This document shows positions 39,567 through 53,139 of a DNA stretch of 64,000 nucleotides, one piece after another (position 1 is the stretch's first letter; every line of letters starts with the position of its first letter). The DNA comes from Ostrea edulis. Taxonomy: Eukaryota. The DNA is taken from contig NC_079167.1 of NCBI RefSeq assembly GCF_947568905.1, forward strand, positions 53,506,001-53,570,000. Direction: 5' to 3'. The translations under genes and the position numbers were made by a program. The notes below the pieces were generated by a model, which worked only from the letters and a program-made list of their open reading frames with translations, did no database searches and was not told the origin of the DNA.

Positions 39567-40510
39567 TCACTTTGGCCCTGATTTTTTAAAATATTTTTTT
39601 CAATCCTTATTCCCACGAGAAATTTTGACCCCCTATTATGACCCAACCTAGCCCCAAAGGGTCATGATATAACTGAAATGAATACACATGGGATGCCTCA
39701 AAACCAATTGTGACTAATTTGACCTTGCTGTTTTGGATAAGGCTAAGGTCAAAGATCATGGTATGGAAAGATCTCTGCCATAAGAAATCTATATACAAAG
39801 TAAGAACAGTTTAGGAGATATTGATTAGGTCAGCTTTTTTAAAAGTAGGTCAAACACCATGGAATAACAAGATCTTGCAATAAAGAATCTATGTATGAAA
39901 GATGTACCTTAAAATAATTTGGGACACATTGAATAGATCAGGTTTTTAGAACTAAGTCAAACTTTAAGGTCGAGGTCAAACACCATTGTGTCACAAAGTC
40001 TTGTCAAAAAAGAATCTATATACAAAATATAAAAGTCCTTCCTTAAAACCACAGCTGGGCAGTCTTGGAACTCTGATGCAATGACACTGCTTTTGTATGT
40101 TGTATTTTTGTCCCCTGCCGCAACATAGAAGGGAACATAGATATACAGGTCTGTGTCCGTCCGTCCCTTTGTGGATGCAACTCCTCCGAAATTACTCAAC
40201 AGATTTTGTTAAAATCTTGTAGTAACCGTTGTTAATCACCATATGTAGTTCATCATATTGCCATGGCATTTTGATTTGACAAATTTTACAGGAGTTATAG
40301 GACTTTGTTGGATTTGTACATGCTACATAACAGGGACACTTTGTGGATACAACTCCGACGAAACCACGCAACGGATTTTTTTTCAAATTTTATGTGTGTG
40401 TTATATACTATATGTAGTTGATCCTATTGTGCCATTTTGATTCGACAAATTTTACAGGTGTTGTGGGACTTTTGTGCTTCAACTTTTTTGCAGCGGCTGG
40501 GGACATATGG
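37580..40510. mobile_element. Multiple HINE fragments in both orientations
   Basis: ttttagctcac...agcttttctgatcaa starts at ~37576 and ~39283. Inverted-orientation gagaggcccatgggccac at ~39536. ttttgtcccctgccg...gtccgtccgtccc at 40105-40170. Confidence 0.55.
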
Positions 40511-41399
40511 CTACACATAGCAATCTTGCTCAAATTAATATTTCTGCCTTCAGGAAATATTAGTGCAGTAAAACAATATTCATAATTTATTAAACGTTGG
40601 TATCTCTTGTCTTTTTGTAGTTAAATTTACTAAAGTCAACCACTGTTTTATTGTTGCATTGGGAATTCTTATCATGAAGGTGGTTCAGAGAGAGAAAGAG
40701 AGGGGGGGGGGGGGGGGTCCCATTAGTAGTTTGTGAATGCAACTGAACCAGATCCTTTATTTTTTTTTCTTTGCCCTGGAACATTCTCCAGTGATTATAA
40801 CAATTATCCCCAGTTGTTCATGTTATATCACTGAGGACAAGAAATAAACCCCGGGTTTTGTCCTTTGTATTACTCTTCTCTGGACGACTTGTTCACCATT
40901 TCTGTCTGTGGTTGTGCATTCCTGTACTTTCAGTGGGCCTTTTAATGCCTTTACATTACAGTACTATGGTGTTTGGTGCCTATTCATGGTTACAATGTTT
41001 AGTTGTGGACAGAATTGAGAGACCGAGAACAAGCATCTAATGTAACATTAGAGAATCGTTGGCAAGCATGCAGGGAAGGGTGCAAGTTGAAACGTGTATC
41101 CTCTCAGTTGATAATCGACAGCGCAACATGTTACATAGCGTGAAATTTATTTATAGTTCTCTCTACACACACACACCAGTCTTTAATCATTTGACATGTG
41201 ATGTACCATAAAGGGAGATAATTTTAATTCTAGTACATGCTAAATATTCTTGTTTAGAAACTTTTCTATGTACATGGAGATATGTGGAATGAGTGGATCA
41301 TTAGGGTATGTTTACAATTCTACACTTGACTTCATTAAACTGACTTTCTAAAAAAAAGTTTGTGTATATTGTTGTCAACGTGTTCCACCTGTCACTCAA

Positions 41400-41770
41400 A
41401 CTCTCCCTTTAAGTAAAAACCAATCTTTTGGAATATGATGGATGGTGTCCTGTAGATGTGTAATAAAGTTTCGGAATTTTTTTTATTTCATCCTGGGGGG
41501 TTAAGAAATGACATTTTTTCAACTAAATATATTATACCAATTCCCAGAACCCCTCTCACAATTTACGCATGCAGTAGCCAAATCACCATTTGGGAGATGA
41601 TTGGTGATGTCCTTTAGATGTGCAATAAGTTTTTGGAATTATCTTTTTCATCTTGAAGGGCAAATGAGGTTTTCAATGCATTGTGTCATGTGCAACAAGA
41701 ATATATTTGCTTCAAGGGTTGGAATCTCTATCTGAATAGTAAAAAATAATGCTGGGGATTGGGATGACCC
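41400..41770 (+). mobile_element. HINE fragment with the same ~160-bp array family as 16365-17270
   Basis: Shared ccaatcttttggaatatgat...gtcctgtagatgtg..ataa units. Confidence 0.65.
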
Positions 41771-41839
41771 CAGGGCACTTGCCCATCAGAATACTCAATG
41801 CTTCTTAATGTATGGAATCCCAAATCAACATACATGTAT

Positions 41840-42290
41840 ATACCCTCAAATAATTGAAGATATCTTTAATTATTTGAAGATATATGAATTCATTTGATAT
41901 CTTTTATTCTGAGGTGCGTGCATTACAGTGTAATTGAATTATTGATAGCTTAATTATTCTGTTGAATTGATTGATAATTGAAATTTTGCTCTTTTCAAAT
42001 AATTTAGAATTAATGATATCCACAATAGAATTGATGCATATGCCATAATTCAATTGAAGAAAGCAATAATTTAATTAATGTACAAATCCCTTCAGTTCAT
42101 GCCCACATCAATTCAATAATGTGTGCAATAATTAAATTAATTATTACTCTCTTCAATTGGATGATCTTAATGATATCATTAGTTCTTAACTGATGTGTGC
42201 AATCATTCTTTTAGAGAGAGCAACTATATCTAATTAAAGATATTATATATAATACACAATTGAATTAATGATCTCTTTAATTGAAAGTTT
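41840..42290. mobile_element. Truncated, diverged copy of the IS3EU-like element
   Basis: ctcaaataattgaagatatctttaattatttgaag and the 21-bp periodic interior. Termini and TSD are lost. Confidence 0.6.
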
Positions 42291-43953
42291 TACTTCAAAA
42301 TAAAATTCTTTATTTGCACAAACAATTGTGACAATCCAGTTTTCGAGAGAAAAAAACACAACAAAAACTAACACAAATGAAATCCCTCAGAATTTAGATT
42401 CAGGTTTGATACGGTTTAATTACAGAGGATATCAGGCACCAACATAGTATTTACACTTGTCAAAAAATTATGACAGATATTCATATAATACAAGACACAA
42501 AATAAGACTTCGTTGTCGTAAATACACATCTACTTAGAAATGTAACACAATAGGAAAGATGTTTTTACAAACAGCATTGAGAAGCATATTTCCCACAAAA
42601 ATCAGCATGAATTTTCAAACAGATATTACTTTCAAAGATTTATTTTGATGTACATTAAATCATCTTTAATTCATACATGCATTTAGCCAACACAATTAAC
42701 GAATTGGTTCAAACCAACAGTCCGCAATATTCAGATTTCTGTAGAATGTTAGCTTGCCTATAAACTTACAGAAAACTTCTATGACAAAGTGTATAAATGT
42801 CTTGATACACTCCAATACAAGTATTAAGATGGGATTCTTTGATTAATACAAGATGTCTTGGAGTATGGCACAACTCTACTGCGGAGCAGTCAGTAAATCA
42901 TAAAAAAAAAAAATATTGCGATATAGCCTGCATAAATTATGGATTACATTTAAAGCACAATGTTCCATGAACATGGCCTTGTATGAAGGACTTGGAGTGG
43001 GAAACATTGAGTGCTAGAAGAAGCGAGAGGTTGCCCACCTGAGCTACTATAGCTGCATTTTTTCCCCATGAAACATTAAAATCCAATGATGCTCATCTCG
43101 CTCTTGAAGCCCGACCTTGAACCCAGGAATCATGGAATGGACAAACTTGGAGTCTAAACTACATAAGGATGCTTGCATATCAATTGAAAATACTTAAAAG
43201 ACTTTCCCTTTTATATCAATATATAAAACTTTGAACCTGTTCTGGCCCAGGGGTTATTTGATTTGAACATATTTCATTGTATAAATATACAAAGTGATTA
43301 GTTACAAGTTCTAGCAACTTAGAAAAGCAGTCCTGAATGCAGATCTTTTAATTTACAGAATCAACAATGTGTACACAATGTGAATATCACTTCTTTGGAG
43401 TTTATTTTCATTATTATTTTACAGTGTCCATAATACATGTATACCTCTCACTGAATCAAACTATTACATTGGAAGCTCTCTCTCTCTCTCTTGATGGATT
43501 ATGATTTATTTAACAATGACCGTATATAAATGGATATGTATAAATATGATATAAAAACATATATTCGACATAATGCCTGCCATTCGATCCTTAATATTCC
43601 TTGTAAACTTATGCATATAATGAAAAGAAATTTGTTTTATTTGGAATACATGAATGCATAAATATATACACTCTCCACTCAGGGATGACAGGGAGTTGAA
43701 AATATCAGCAATGAGAGTGGCCCATTACAAGTCAAACATCCGAGGAATTTCCACATTAGGACCCATGTGACGATCCTTTTGCTTGAACTTAGTGTACATA
43801 TTCTCTAAATACTTCTATTGTACCTCTTCTGAGTAACAAATCAAGTATAAAAAAGCTAATCTATATCGATTAAGTATTGCATTTGAAGTTTCTCTTTTGT
43901 AGACGTCTGTTTTAGATATTTGATTTGTCTGATAAAATTTGACCAAAAATGAG

Positions 43954-46900
43954 CTAAATGTATAATTTCATCAGCACGAGTCCAAAAAGAGAAAACATGA
44001 TGGAGATGATGGATGTTTCCCTCAAGGGAGCCGAGTTACAGTCATCTCTTGTACAGCTGTAAACACATGCTCGATACAGGCGATCGTGGTCAGGGTACGA
44101 CAAATCCTGGCACTGGTCCCCTAAATCACGGGCACTGCAAAATCGGTGTGTCCCCACAATTCCTGTAAAGTTAAAGCAGTCATTGTTGTAATTAATGTTA
44201 TAATTACCTGAGATTTGGAAAAATAATTTTTTTTTACAACAATGAGAAGTTGAAAATGATTCATAGCAGAGTAACATTAATGTATATCCCTCAGCCATGG
44301 TTAATAACTCTTATCTGTGATTTACTTATTCCTATTATAAATTTCATCATTTATATTCCTAAAACTTGACTGTATCACCAGCATGAAATTTTGCTCATGT
44401 GCAGTGAATTGATGTATCCATTTCCCATCTAATTTGGTTGATATCCAGATCATCTAAAAATTCTTAATTATCATTCAATTCCAATCACTGATTCCTAAAA
44501 CCCATTTTCAAAATCATGAATAATACTTGGATAAAAATGTTACAAACTGTATATTGTAGTGTTATAAATTTCAAAAGGATGTGTTGAAAGCACTTTATTC
44601 AGCCCCAGAATTTCCTACAAGAGGCCATGCATGGGCCACATCATTCACCTGAGGTATATATTATAAAGTACACACACACACACCTCAACCCAAAATCATG
44701 GTATAAGAAAACTTTAATCTACACTACAAAGGCATGGTAATAAATATAAATTTGACAATTCTTTTTTTTTTTTTTTTTGCATTTAGTTCTTAAGAATTTG
44801 AGAGGAATGTTTAAAAAGAGTATTCTTATGTAATGAATTTTAAGCCCTTCTTGTTACCTGCCCTATTCCCAGGGGTCATGGTATCAACGAACTTGTATCT
44901 ACACTAAATGAGAATACTTGCATATTTGACATATTCTTCCCTTAATTGTAGTTCTTAGGAATGAAGATTTTTACAGCAATTTTTTTTATAATCTATCTAA
45001 AACTTTGGACCCCTCTTATTGTCCCACCCTGCCCTTGGGGTCATGTTGTGAACAAACCTGAATATGTGCTATGTACCTTATTATGCTCTGATTATAATTT
45101 TACATATCATGAAGAAATACCCCTATGGTTCTTGAGCAGATGATTTTTAATAAAGAATTTCTCCTATATTATCCCCAATATAAATTTTGGACCCTGCTGT
45201 GGACTCGGTCCCTGGCCCCGGGACTCCTATTTGAATACATGATTTGAACTACATTATACAAGGAAGCTTTCACACACTTTTCTGGTTCAGGGGTTCTGGA
45301 GAAGATCCTTTTAAGCACTCCCACCTGACTTTTAACATTTCTCAGGCATTTTTTCTTGACCATTCATTTGTACAATTTTGAAGCACATTCATCAAAGACT
45401 GCTTTGTGACAAGGTTGACTGCTGTTCGGAATTGAAGAGGTCAAAAATGTAAAAAGTTAATGACACACATACCTACAAACAGATTTTGATCAGAAAAGCT
45501 CACTTTTTTGGCTCGGGTAAGCTACAAGGTCTTAAAACTATAAATATTCAAATGAAATGTTTGGAGCACCAAATTAACAACAATTCAATCAAAGATCTCT
45601 TCAAGTAATTAATGATATCTTCAATTCTGAATTATTGCACACATTAATTGAATTGATGATAGCCTTAATTCTTCAGCTGAATTGATGCACACTTTAATTG
45701 AATTAATGATCTCTTCAAATGAATTAATGATATCAACAATTGAATTGATGCATGCTACAATTCAATTGAAGAAAGCAATAATTGATAGGCCTATAATGCG
45801 CGCATTAAATCAATTGATGAGAGCAGTAATTGAATTGATGCGCACATTAATTCATTTGATGAGAGCAATAATTGATTTATTGCGCACTTTAATTCAATTA
45901 TTGCTCTCTCCAATTGAATTAATGGTATCTTTAATTCATTTGAAGAGAGTAATAATTCTTTTAGAGACATATCCATTGAATTGTTGCTCTCTTTAAAAGA
46001 ATTGATGCACGCATTAATTCCTTATACAAAAGCATTGTAAATAATTAAAGATATCTTCAATTGAACGCAGTATTAAGTCTTCCCCGGAAGACATGTGTCG
46101 CCTGCTAGTTCATTCTATATGTAATATATCACGTATAATGTTGAAAAAGTAAATTATTGAAATGGTTTTTGTCACTAAACAGGAAGTTGATAAGCGACAG
46201 ATTCGAAAATGTCTTACACAATACAGTTGGCCACACTGATGCTCTGTGCCAAATATCAGGGAGTTGCCCCATGTGGTTCTTGAGAAAACTGTGACAGAAA
46301 TTTTTTTGCTGTAAAAAATTATAAGTCCCGGCAAACAGGAAGTTGATAAGCCACAGATTCGAAAATGTCTTACACAATACAGTTGGCCACAGTGATGCTC
46401 TGTGCCAAATATCAGGGAGTTGCCCCATGTGGTTCTTGAGAAAACTGTGACAGAAATTTTTTGTGACGACGACGCCAGACGACGACGCAGGACGAAGGAT
46501 AGTGATCCCTATATGTCGCCACTGCGTAACGCAGGCGACACAATAAAAGAGATCATCAAATTATTTATACCAATTAGCTCTAAATTATTTATTGCAAGCA
46601 ATATTTCTACTAAATTGATGCTCTCACCAATTGAATTGAAGAGAGCAATAATTGAATTAATGCACGCATTAAATCAATTATTACTCTCATTAATTCAATT
46701 GATGCATGTATTAATTCAATTGATGAGAGCAATAATTGAATTGAAGTGCGCATTAATTCATTTGATGAGAGCAATAATTTATTTAAAGTGCGCATTAATT
46801 CAATTAATTTAAAGAGAGCAATAATTGAATTGATGATATCTTAAAAAAATTGAAGATATCTTCAATTATTTGAGTTTATGTTAATTTGGCGCTCCATAGA

Positions 46901-49419
46901 AATGTAGTTTGTTTGAATTAAAGGGATACAATAATAAAGGAAGCATGAGATGATTTGCATAATCCGTCAGGCAAACCAGAGATTTATTCCTTCATTGATA
47001 TTTCTAAACATCTGAATCATGTCTCACCTCCCCACACCCCTGTGATCTTGATGCAGTATTGGGCGTTGTACACTGTGCACTTGGTAGAACGAATTGGGTT
47101 GATACTTTGATCATGGTTGAACCGATCTTGACAATTTGAATCTAATGTTGAGTTGCACTGGTAACAATCCAATCCTAAAACTAAATAAAATTGACATGTT
47201 ACAAACATTTTTCCTGATATCTATCTACGAAAAAAAGCAATTATCAAACAAGCATGTTTGTATCCTGTATCACATCATTAATTACTCAAATACCTCCGAA
47301 TCGCTTCACAAGCACAGACTTAAAGCAACACTAAGCTCAAATTGAACAGAAATATTTCTGAATTTAATGTGAACTCTTCGACCTTATATTCAATCCTACT
47401 ACAAACTTTTGGGAGGCATTTTCAAGAAGTTCCTATTACATTGTAAGTGTCTACAGAGGAGAAATACAACTTTCAGGTTTCTTACAAACACCAAAGGTTT
47501 CTTTCAAAAATGTATTTGACAGACACAATCTCCAGAGTCTTTCTTAAGAATGGGGAGTCCATCTTCAGCACATACAATAGCAGATGAAATAGCCCAAATT
47601 GTCCAAGCTGAATTGAATTAAGATCAGCTAGCCCAAATCTTAACAAATCAAATAACTTGCAAATTCTGACCTGGTTCTTCAAAATGAAGATTGCCATTCT
47701 TAAAAGGATGGCAAAAAACTGAAAAAAGACAAGATGAAACTGCAGCAGACAAACAATATTGGAATATTACCAGATTAAGATGGTGTGATCTACACAAGCA
47801 GACATATAGTGATCGATTAATTCCAAAACATGCATTCAAAGATGCTCAGCAGGATTCGACCCAGTCACTTGGGAACAGAGAGGTAAGGAATGCTGCATAT
47901 TAGTAAAACAAGTCTGCTGAATCATGTGACTAGATTTCACAGTGCAGCATGTACAGCACACTGCAAGACATCTCTGATTACTTCCCCTGAGAAAAACAGC
48001 ATGATGGTCAAAGCTTGAAATTGGTATATGCACTTGGCTGCACAAGGACTACTTGATAACAGTAGACAATACAGACTTCTTCCAGCGGAATGTCCTTACA
48101 GATATATGTCATCAACCATGGTAATAAGTTTCCTGAAACAATACCCAGTTCGAGTTGACAGTCTTTCATTACCTTTAGACATGACTGGGATGTTGAACAC
48201 TTAACCCCATCCCCATGCCACAGTCAATCTAATGGTAGAGCAGAGTCTGCAGTACCTTATGAAATAAGCTATTTGGGGTACGTAGTAGCAACTGATAGAA
48301 AGCATGAAACCTTGCCTATGTATCAAAGGCCAGTCGACCGAGAATACACATTGATGCAGATGAGGTTGCCCTACCCGATGATGAGGAAAACGAAGAGCGT
48401 CATCAGATAAATGTCTAAATTGCCACAAACACACACATCTTCTTCTCCTTCTGAATTTTTATCTTTAATTTAGCGACCATTTTTTGTTGAACTTGGGTCA
48501 TTAACCAATGACGAAGCCACTGTTTTATAAATGTGCTCTATCGAGTCATACTTAGTATGACACCACTTGATGAACTCATATGCTTTCTCACTAAAGATGG
48601 TCTCTAAAATACAGAAGCTCACCTCTTTTCCCTATATAACTAAAAGAAATTGCTTGTTGCTAAGATTCAGATTTGTAAACAATGAATATGACTTATATAG
48701 CGATAAGCAATTTCTTCTGGGGAGAAGAGGTCAGCTACTGTATTTTAGAAACCAACGTTAGTAAGAAAGCTTGCAAGTTCAGCAAGTGATGTCTGGAATT
48801 GCTGGTTTTCCTTATTCTAAAAAAAAAAGCAAAGTATATAGAGTGGCTGAAATAGTAAGTGATGACACTGTTTGATTCATCCATTTGGGAAACGGTCTTC
48901 TGGAAATTATGTGCCACCAACTTTGGTAGACTGAATTATGTTAGCATTTTTTACAACGAAAATCAGCTTACGAATCCCCCCCCCCCCTATTTTTGTTTAT
49001 TCTAGTACCTTTACACGTATGTAAATTATTGATCATTCAGGTAAGTTGATTTTTGAAAACTGAAAATTTTAACGAGCTATGATTAATTCTTGTGAATTTG
49101 ATTTGAGGAAGAAAGAGGGCACGAGGTAATTAGTAGTACCTTTTCTTTTGTGTGTCACTTGTATGCGAGTTTTGAGTTTATATTAAAGCACAAGATCAAA
49201 ACGTGAGTCAGCCACACATATCAATCACAGAGATTGTCCCCGGCGTATGAAACAATGTTATCAAACCAATATAATCATGTCTTTTTATTATTGTTTCTAT
49301 ATATGTAAGTAACCTGACAAAATTTTGAATACGGTCCTGTGTTCTAATTAGACAAACAGCTTACCTGAAGTGAAAGAAGCGAAGGTGACAACTGTCAAGA
49401 AAATAATTGTTCTTGACAT
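43954..49419 (-). CDS. Ly6/uPAR (LU, three-finger) domain protein, quiver/sleepless-like, probably GPI-anchored, 138 aa; exons 49365-49419, 47028-47180, 43954-44162
   Basis: GT-AG, phase 1/1, 417 nt: MSRTIIFLTVVTFASFTSVLGLDCYQCNSTLDSNCQDRFNHDQSINPIRSTKCTVYNAQYCIKITGVWGGIVGTHRFCSARDLGDQCQDLSYPDHDRLYRACVYSCTRDDCNSAPLRETSIISIMFSLFGLVLMKLYI*. Signal peptide, 10 Cys ending in CN, hydrophobic tail. Confidence 0.9.
44620..45530 (+). mobile_element. HINE in intron 2 of the LU gene
   Basis: acaagaggccatgcatgggccacat start, ~165-bp degenerate units, and a gatcagaaaagctcac...ggctcgggtaagcta end. Confidence 0.65.
45560..46898. mobile_element. Second IS3EU-like element (opposite orientation to 4430-5423) with a 6-bp TSD and a nested HINE
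   Basis: Left end tttggagcaccaaattaac, right end gttaatttggcgctccata. TSD GAAATG at 45554-45559 and 46899-46904. Confidence 0.8.
46064..46543 (+). mobile_element. HINE with two ~154-bp units inserted into the IS3EU-like copy
   Basis: Subterminal inverted motifs gtgtcgcctgc and gcaggcgacac, with the 3' hairpin tgtcgccactgcgtaacgcaggcgaca. The interrupted host sequence matches the copy at ~4820-4850. Confidence 0.75.
47640..48290 (+). mobile_element. Decayed Ty3/Gypsy integrase remnant in intron 1 of the LU gene
   Basis: Broken frames: LKGWQK...QYWN, HLG.ER, DYLITVD, and WDVEHLTPSPCHSQSNGRAESAV (integrase core signature). Confidence 0.7.
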
Positions 49420-50805
49420 TTTCGTGCGAATCTCGTGTACGAGTTTCAAAATTTGATTTTTGCGTTGAATCACATCACAAAAATGTCTTCCGGATTTTTT
49501 TTTTTCACCTGCGTCAAAGCGACACCTGCAAATACCTGTTGACATAAATCTTCAAGGGACGATAACTCCTATATTGCAACCTGAATTTTTTTTTTATTTA
49601 GTAAATCATCATGCATCACAGTAAAACTGGAGATACAGCATTTGGCCACAAGTGACTCAGCATTTCATTTTTCTTCATTATTTAAAATGAAATTGAAAAT
49701 TTAACCACTTGAAGTCAATTTCCATATTTGCTTGATTTTGTAAAGGTATTAAAATTTCCTTTCCTATCATGCTAAGTAAGCTGTGATACTATGATCACTG
49801 AGAATTCGACTAATTTATCAAATCATCAAAAATTTTAACCTCAAAATACTAAATTATGGGGTATGCAGTGAAACCCCCAACTTTTGGAAAAGCTTGATTC
49901 ATTAGTTACTTGATATAAATTTTAACCCCCTCGGCAAACAATGAAATTCGGTTTATGCGTTAGAAAATTAATGTACCTTGGTTATTAGGTCCACTCATCT
50001 TTGAGGATAGAAAATAATGCATACCCCCCCCCCCTCCCCGCAAAATTTTCTGCCATCTTGGGGCAATAATAATAATTTTTAAAAATTCAAAAAATATTAA
50101 TAAAAATAAAATAAATGAATAATAATGATAAACACAATTTGACCATACTGTTCCAAGAAGTTATTATTCAAGTCAGTGGCTTAAAATTAGCTACTTGCAA
50201 AAAATGGACCAGGTCCAAATTGAAATTTCTAACAAAATACATATGTAAGTAAAAAAGGGATTGCTAGTAGTTAGGCTATCTTGACATCTGTAAATAGAGT
50301 AAGTGTGCAGAGTTTATACCTCAGTAGCGTTATAAACGGTTAAAGCCCTCGCCTTCCTTTTCCTGTATACATACAGAAAGACAAACAGATTTAGTCCTGC
50401 AACATTCTTTCACCCAAGTTGCCTTTGTGTTGACATCAGTCAAGACCATCGCGCATACGACCAGTCTTCCAGAATTTTAAAGAAATGTCAAAATTGCGCA
50501 TCCCCGCCCACTGATACTTTTTAAACACGTTTAATGTTATTGTATGTACATGTATGGTTTTCGTTCATACAGATACATAGGAAGCAATTTCAAAGGGGAG
50601 ACTAGCATAGGAGTGTATGTATTTGTGTCACTTAGTAGCAAAAAAAAAAAAACAAAGAAAAGAAAAAAGGGAAATTCGTGTCCTACGAGCTTACATTATC
50701 ACCGTGTACAACCCCACATTTGGGGTGCGGAATAGTGATCTTAGGGGGTACGGAATTCGAAGCGTGTTTTACTAGATAAGTTGACATATCTAGCTTGGTT
50801 ACAGC

Positions 50806-51159
50806 CAGTGGCGGATTTAGAGGGGGCGCAACCGACCCCCCCCCCCCCTAAAATTTTCAAATTTTAGGTAAATCGCGGTACCTTGTTTTGGAAAATGTAC
50901 TAAACGATAAAAGAAGCAATAATTTCTTCCACTCCCGGAGAAATAAATTACAAAATCTTTTGATTTCTTGAATTACTTTACTGGAAGAACTTAATTTTTT
51001 CAAAAAAACCCCTTAAAATTTGGGTCATTTTATTAATTTCACCTTTAAAAAATTATAGAAAATAGTACAAATGACTAAATAGGAGAAGGGTGTTCGTCCT
51101 GGACCGTCTGCCTCATAAAGTTGCGCCCCCCGTAACCGCAATTCCTGGATCCACCCCTG
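50806..51159. mobile_element. hAT-like MITE with a 5-bp TSD nested in the left TIR
   Basis: CAGTGGCGGATTT...GGATCCACCCCTG. ACAGC flanks both sides, and the element is absent from the right arm. Confidence 0.75.
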
Positions 51160-51192
51160 ACAGCTATAGAGATAAAACTAGTCTTATATTAA

Positions 51193-51672
51193 AGGGACAT
51201 GGACACGATTTGAGCTGAAAATTTACAAATTTTATTTTTTGATTTTTAATGTTTAGAATGCTTAACTAAATTATTACTAATGATCAGGAAAAAAATTGAA
51301 TGTCAGTAGTCAAGGTACATGGGAGATACAGAGGTCACAAGTTCTTGTTATGCAAACAAGGCTCGTACCATGTTTTTATTTACATAGGTTAAATAAACTA
51401 GTAAAAGTTTGGTTTAAAGCAGATTTTTTCAATTCATAAGTGACTTCTGAACACGATTGTTTGGCACATCTCACGCCATTTTCTATTAAACAGTCTAATG
51501 TAAACAAAAACATGGCACGAGCCTTGTTTACATAACAAAGAATTGCGAGTGCTGTATCTCACTTACAATCGAACAACTGATATTCAAATTTTGGTTGACC
51601 ATTAGAAATACTTTAGTTAAGCATTGTAGACTATAAAAATGGAAAAATAAAATTTGAAAATTTTCAACCCCT
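51193..51672. mobile_element. Kolobok-like MITE nested at a TTAA in the left TIR
   Basis: TTAA|AGGGACATGGACACG...AACCCCT|TTAA. The right arm has a single TTAA at the homologous site (empty site). Confidence 0.8.
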
Positions 51673-53022
51673 TTAACATACGACGGAACACAGTGATATC
51701 CCCGCTTACTCTTACTCGTTCCTCAACTTGCAGTTCGTGCTAGAAATCGGTGAACACTTCAACAATATTCGGCAACCACACATAAGGATGCAACTTTGAT
51801 CGATATTTGGCGAAATTTTCAATTATTCTACCACTCAATATAATATAACCAATACGCATGGTTTCTGCCCATAACGCTGTAGCAGATACTTCCATGATTT
51901 CCGAAATTTCACGTCAAATAAACGATGAAAACTTCAATTTATTGTGTGTCACTAGGGGGTACAGCTTTCAGTGGAGATAGGGGGCAATGAACCAATGTTA
52001 AAGTTTTGGATTATTATTAAAATATTAATTATTTCTAACGAACACATAATGATCAAAGCAATGAATTTATTCAAACGTTATACCTATGTTTTCTTTTTAC
52101 ATTGTTTTAAAAAGGCATAAATTTATACATTTCTTATGCGAAAACGCTATTTGGTATAAACACAGTAACCTTTTCTCCATAATCACGTGTACATGTATTT
52201 CCATGCATGTACGAAAGAATCCAACGTAAAATGAATAATGTTATTTTTAATTTGATTGTGAACATTCAACATGTATAGAATATCTATTATCTAATGTGCA
52301 TAATTCAGTTGTTGACTGTTTTAATAAAATCTAAAATATTAAATTTTGGACCCACAGATTTAGTGTGTTCTTTCGTTTGGTCAGTCCCTTTTGGACAACC
52401 CCTTAAATATAAGAAGTCTAGATCCAACATTCCAAAACCTCTTTGTAACTCAGCGGCCTGTACCACATATTGCTACTATGTTTAGGTCACCTGAGTCACT
52501 CAGATGACCTATCGTCGTTGGTCTTCGTCTGTTAATTTTCTTTTATGTGCATGTACACATATATTATCAATAAAATATTTAGGGTCGGCAGCAAAAGGGT
52601 AGGTAGGGTTGGGAAAACGGAAACACAATCTTTTTTATTTTGGCCTTATTAGAAGTATGTATTCCATGCAAACGGTGACTGGATTTTGATGTACATCGTT
52701 TTTCTGTTGTATAAAGACGAGTACCTATTCGCTTTTTGTTGCTATCATATTTTGGTCGTATTACCCACTGCAGCCTTTTAAAAGTATTTTACTTTGGTGT
52801 ACGTGTATGTTGTAACTTTCTTTTCGGTAGGTGTAACCTGAGTTTACGTTTTCTTCATATCATCACCCTGCAGTTAATAGTTAAATAAAATGTAATTGAA
52901 CTGACAGTCTAAATTAAATTTTAAGCCAAAATATCACAAACAACAAAGTAAATTTTAATCAGTAAAGTTTGCAACTCATTGATATTCTCTTTTACATGTA
53001 TCAAATATTTTAACATGTAAAT

Positions 53023-53139
53023 ACACAGGGTTTTGACACAATATGAGCAAATTGGTATATATAGTATAATAGTGATATTATATATTGTCACTATTATACT
53101 ATATATACCAATTCGCTCATATTGTGTCAAACCCTGTGT
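53023..53139. repeat. Near-perfect ~53-bp hairpin
   Basis: acacagggttttgacacaatatgagcaaattggtatatatagtataatagtga pairs with tcactattatactatatataccaattcgctcatattgtgtcaaaccctgtgt. Confidence 0.9.

Noticed and set aside
50700-50745. Full 12/23 RSS (ProtoRAG-type) interpretation of the CACCGTG element
   Set aside because: No ACAAAAACC-like nonamer after a 12- or 23-bp spacer, symmetric ends, and no RAG1/RAG2-like coding sequence inside.
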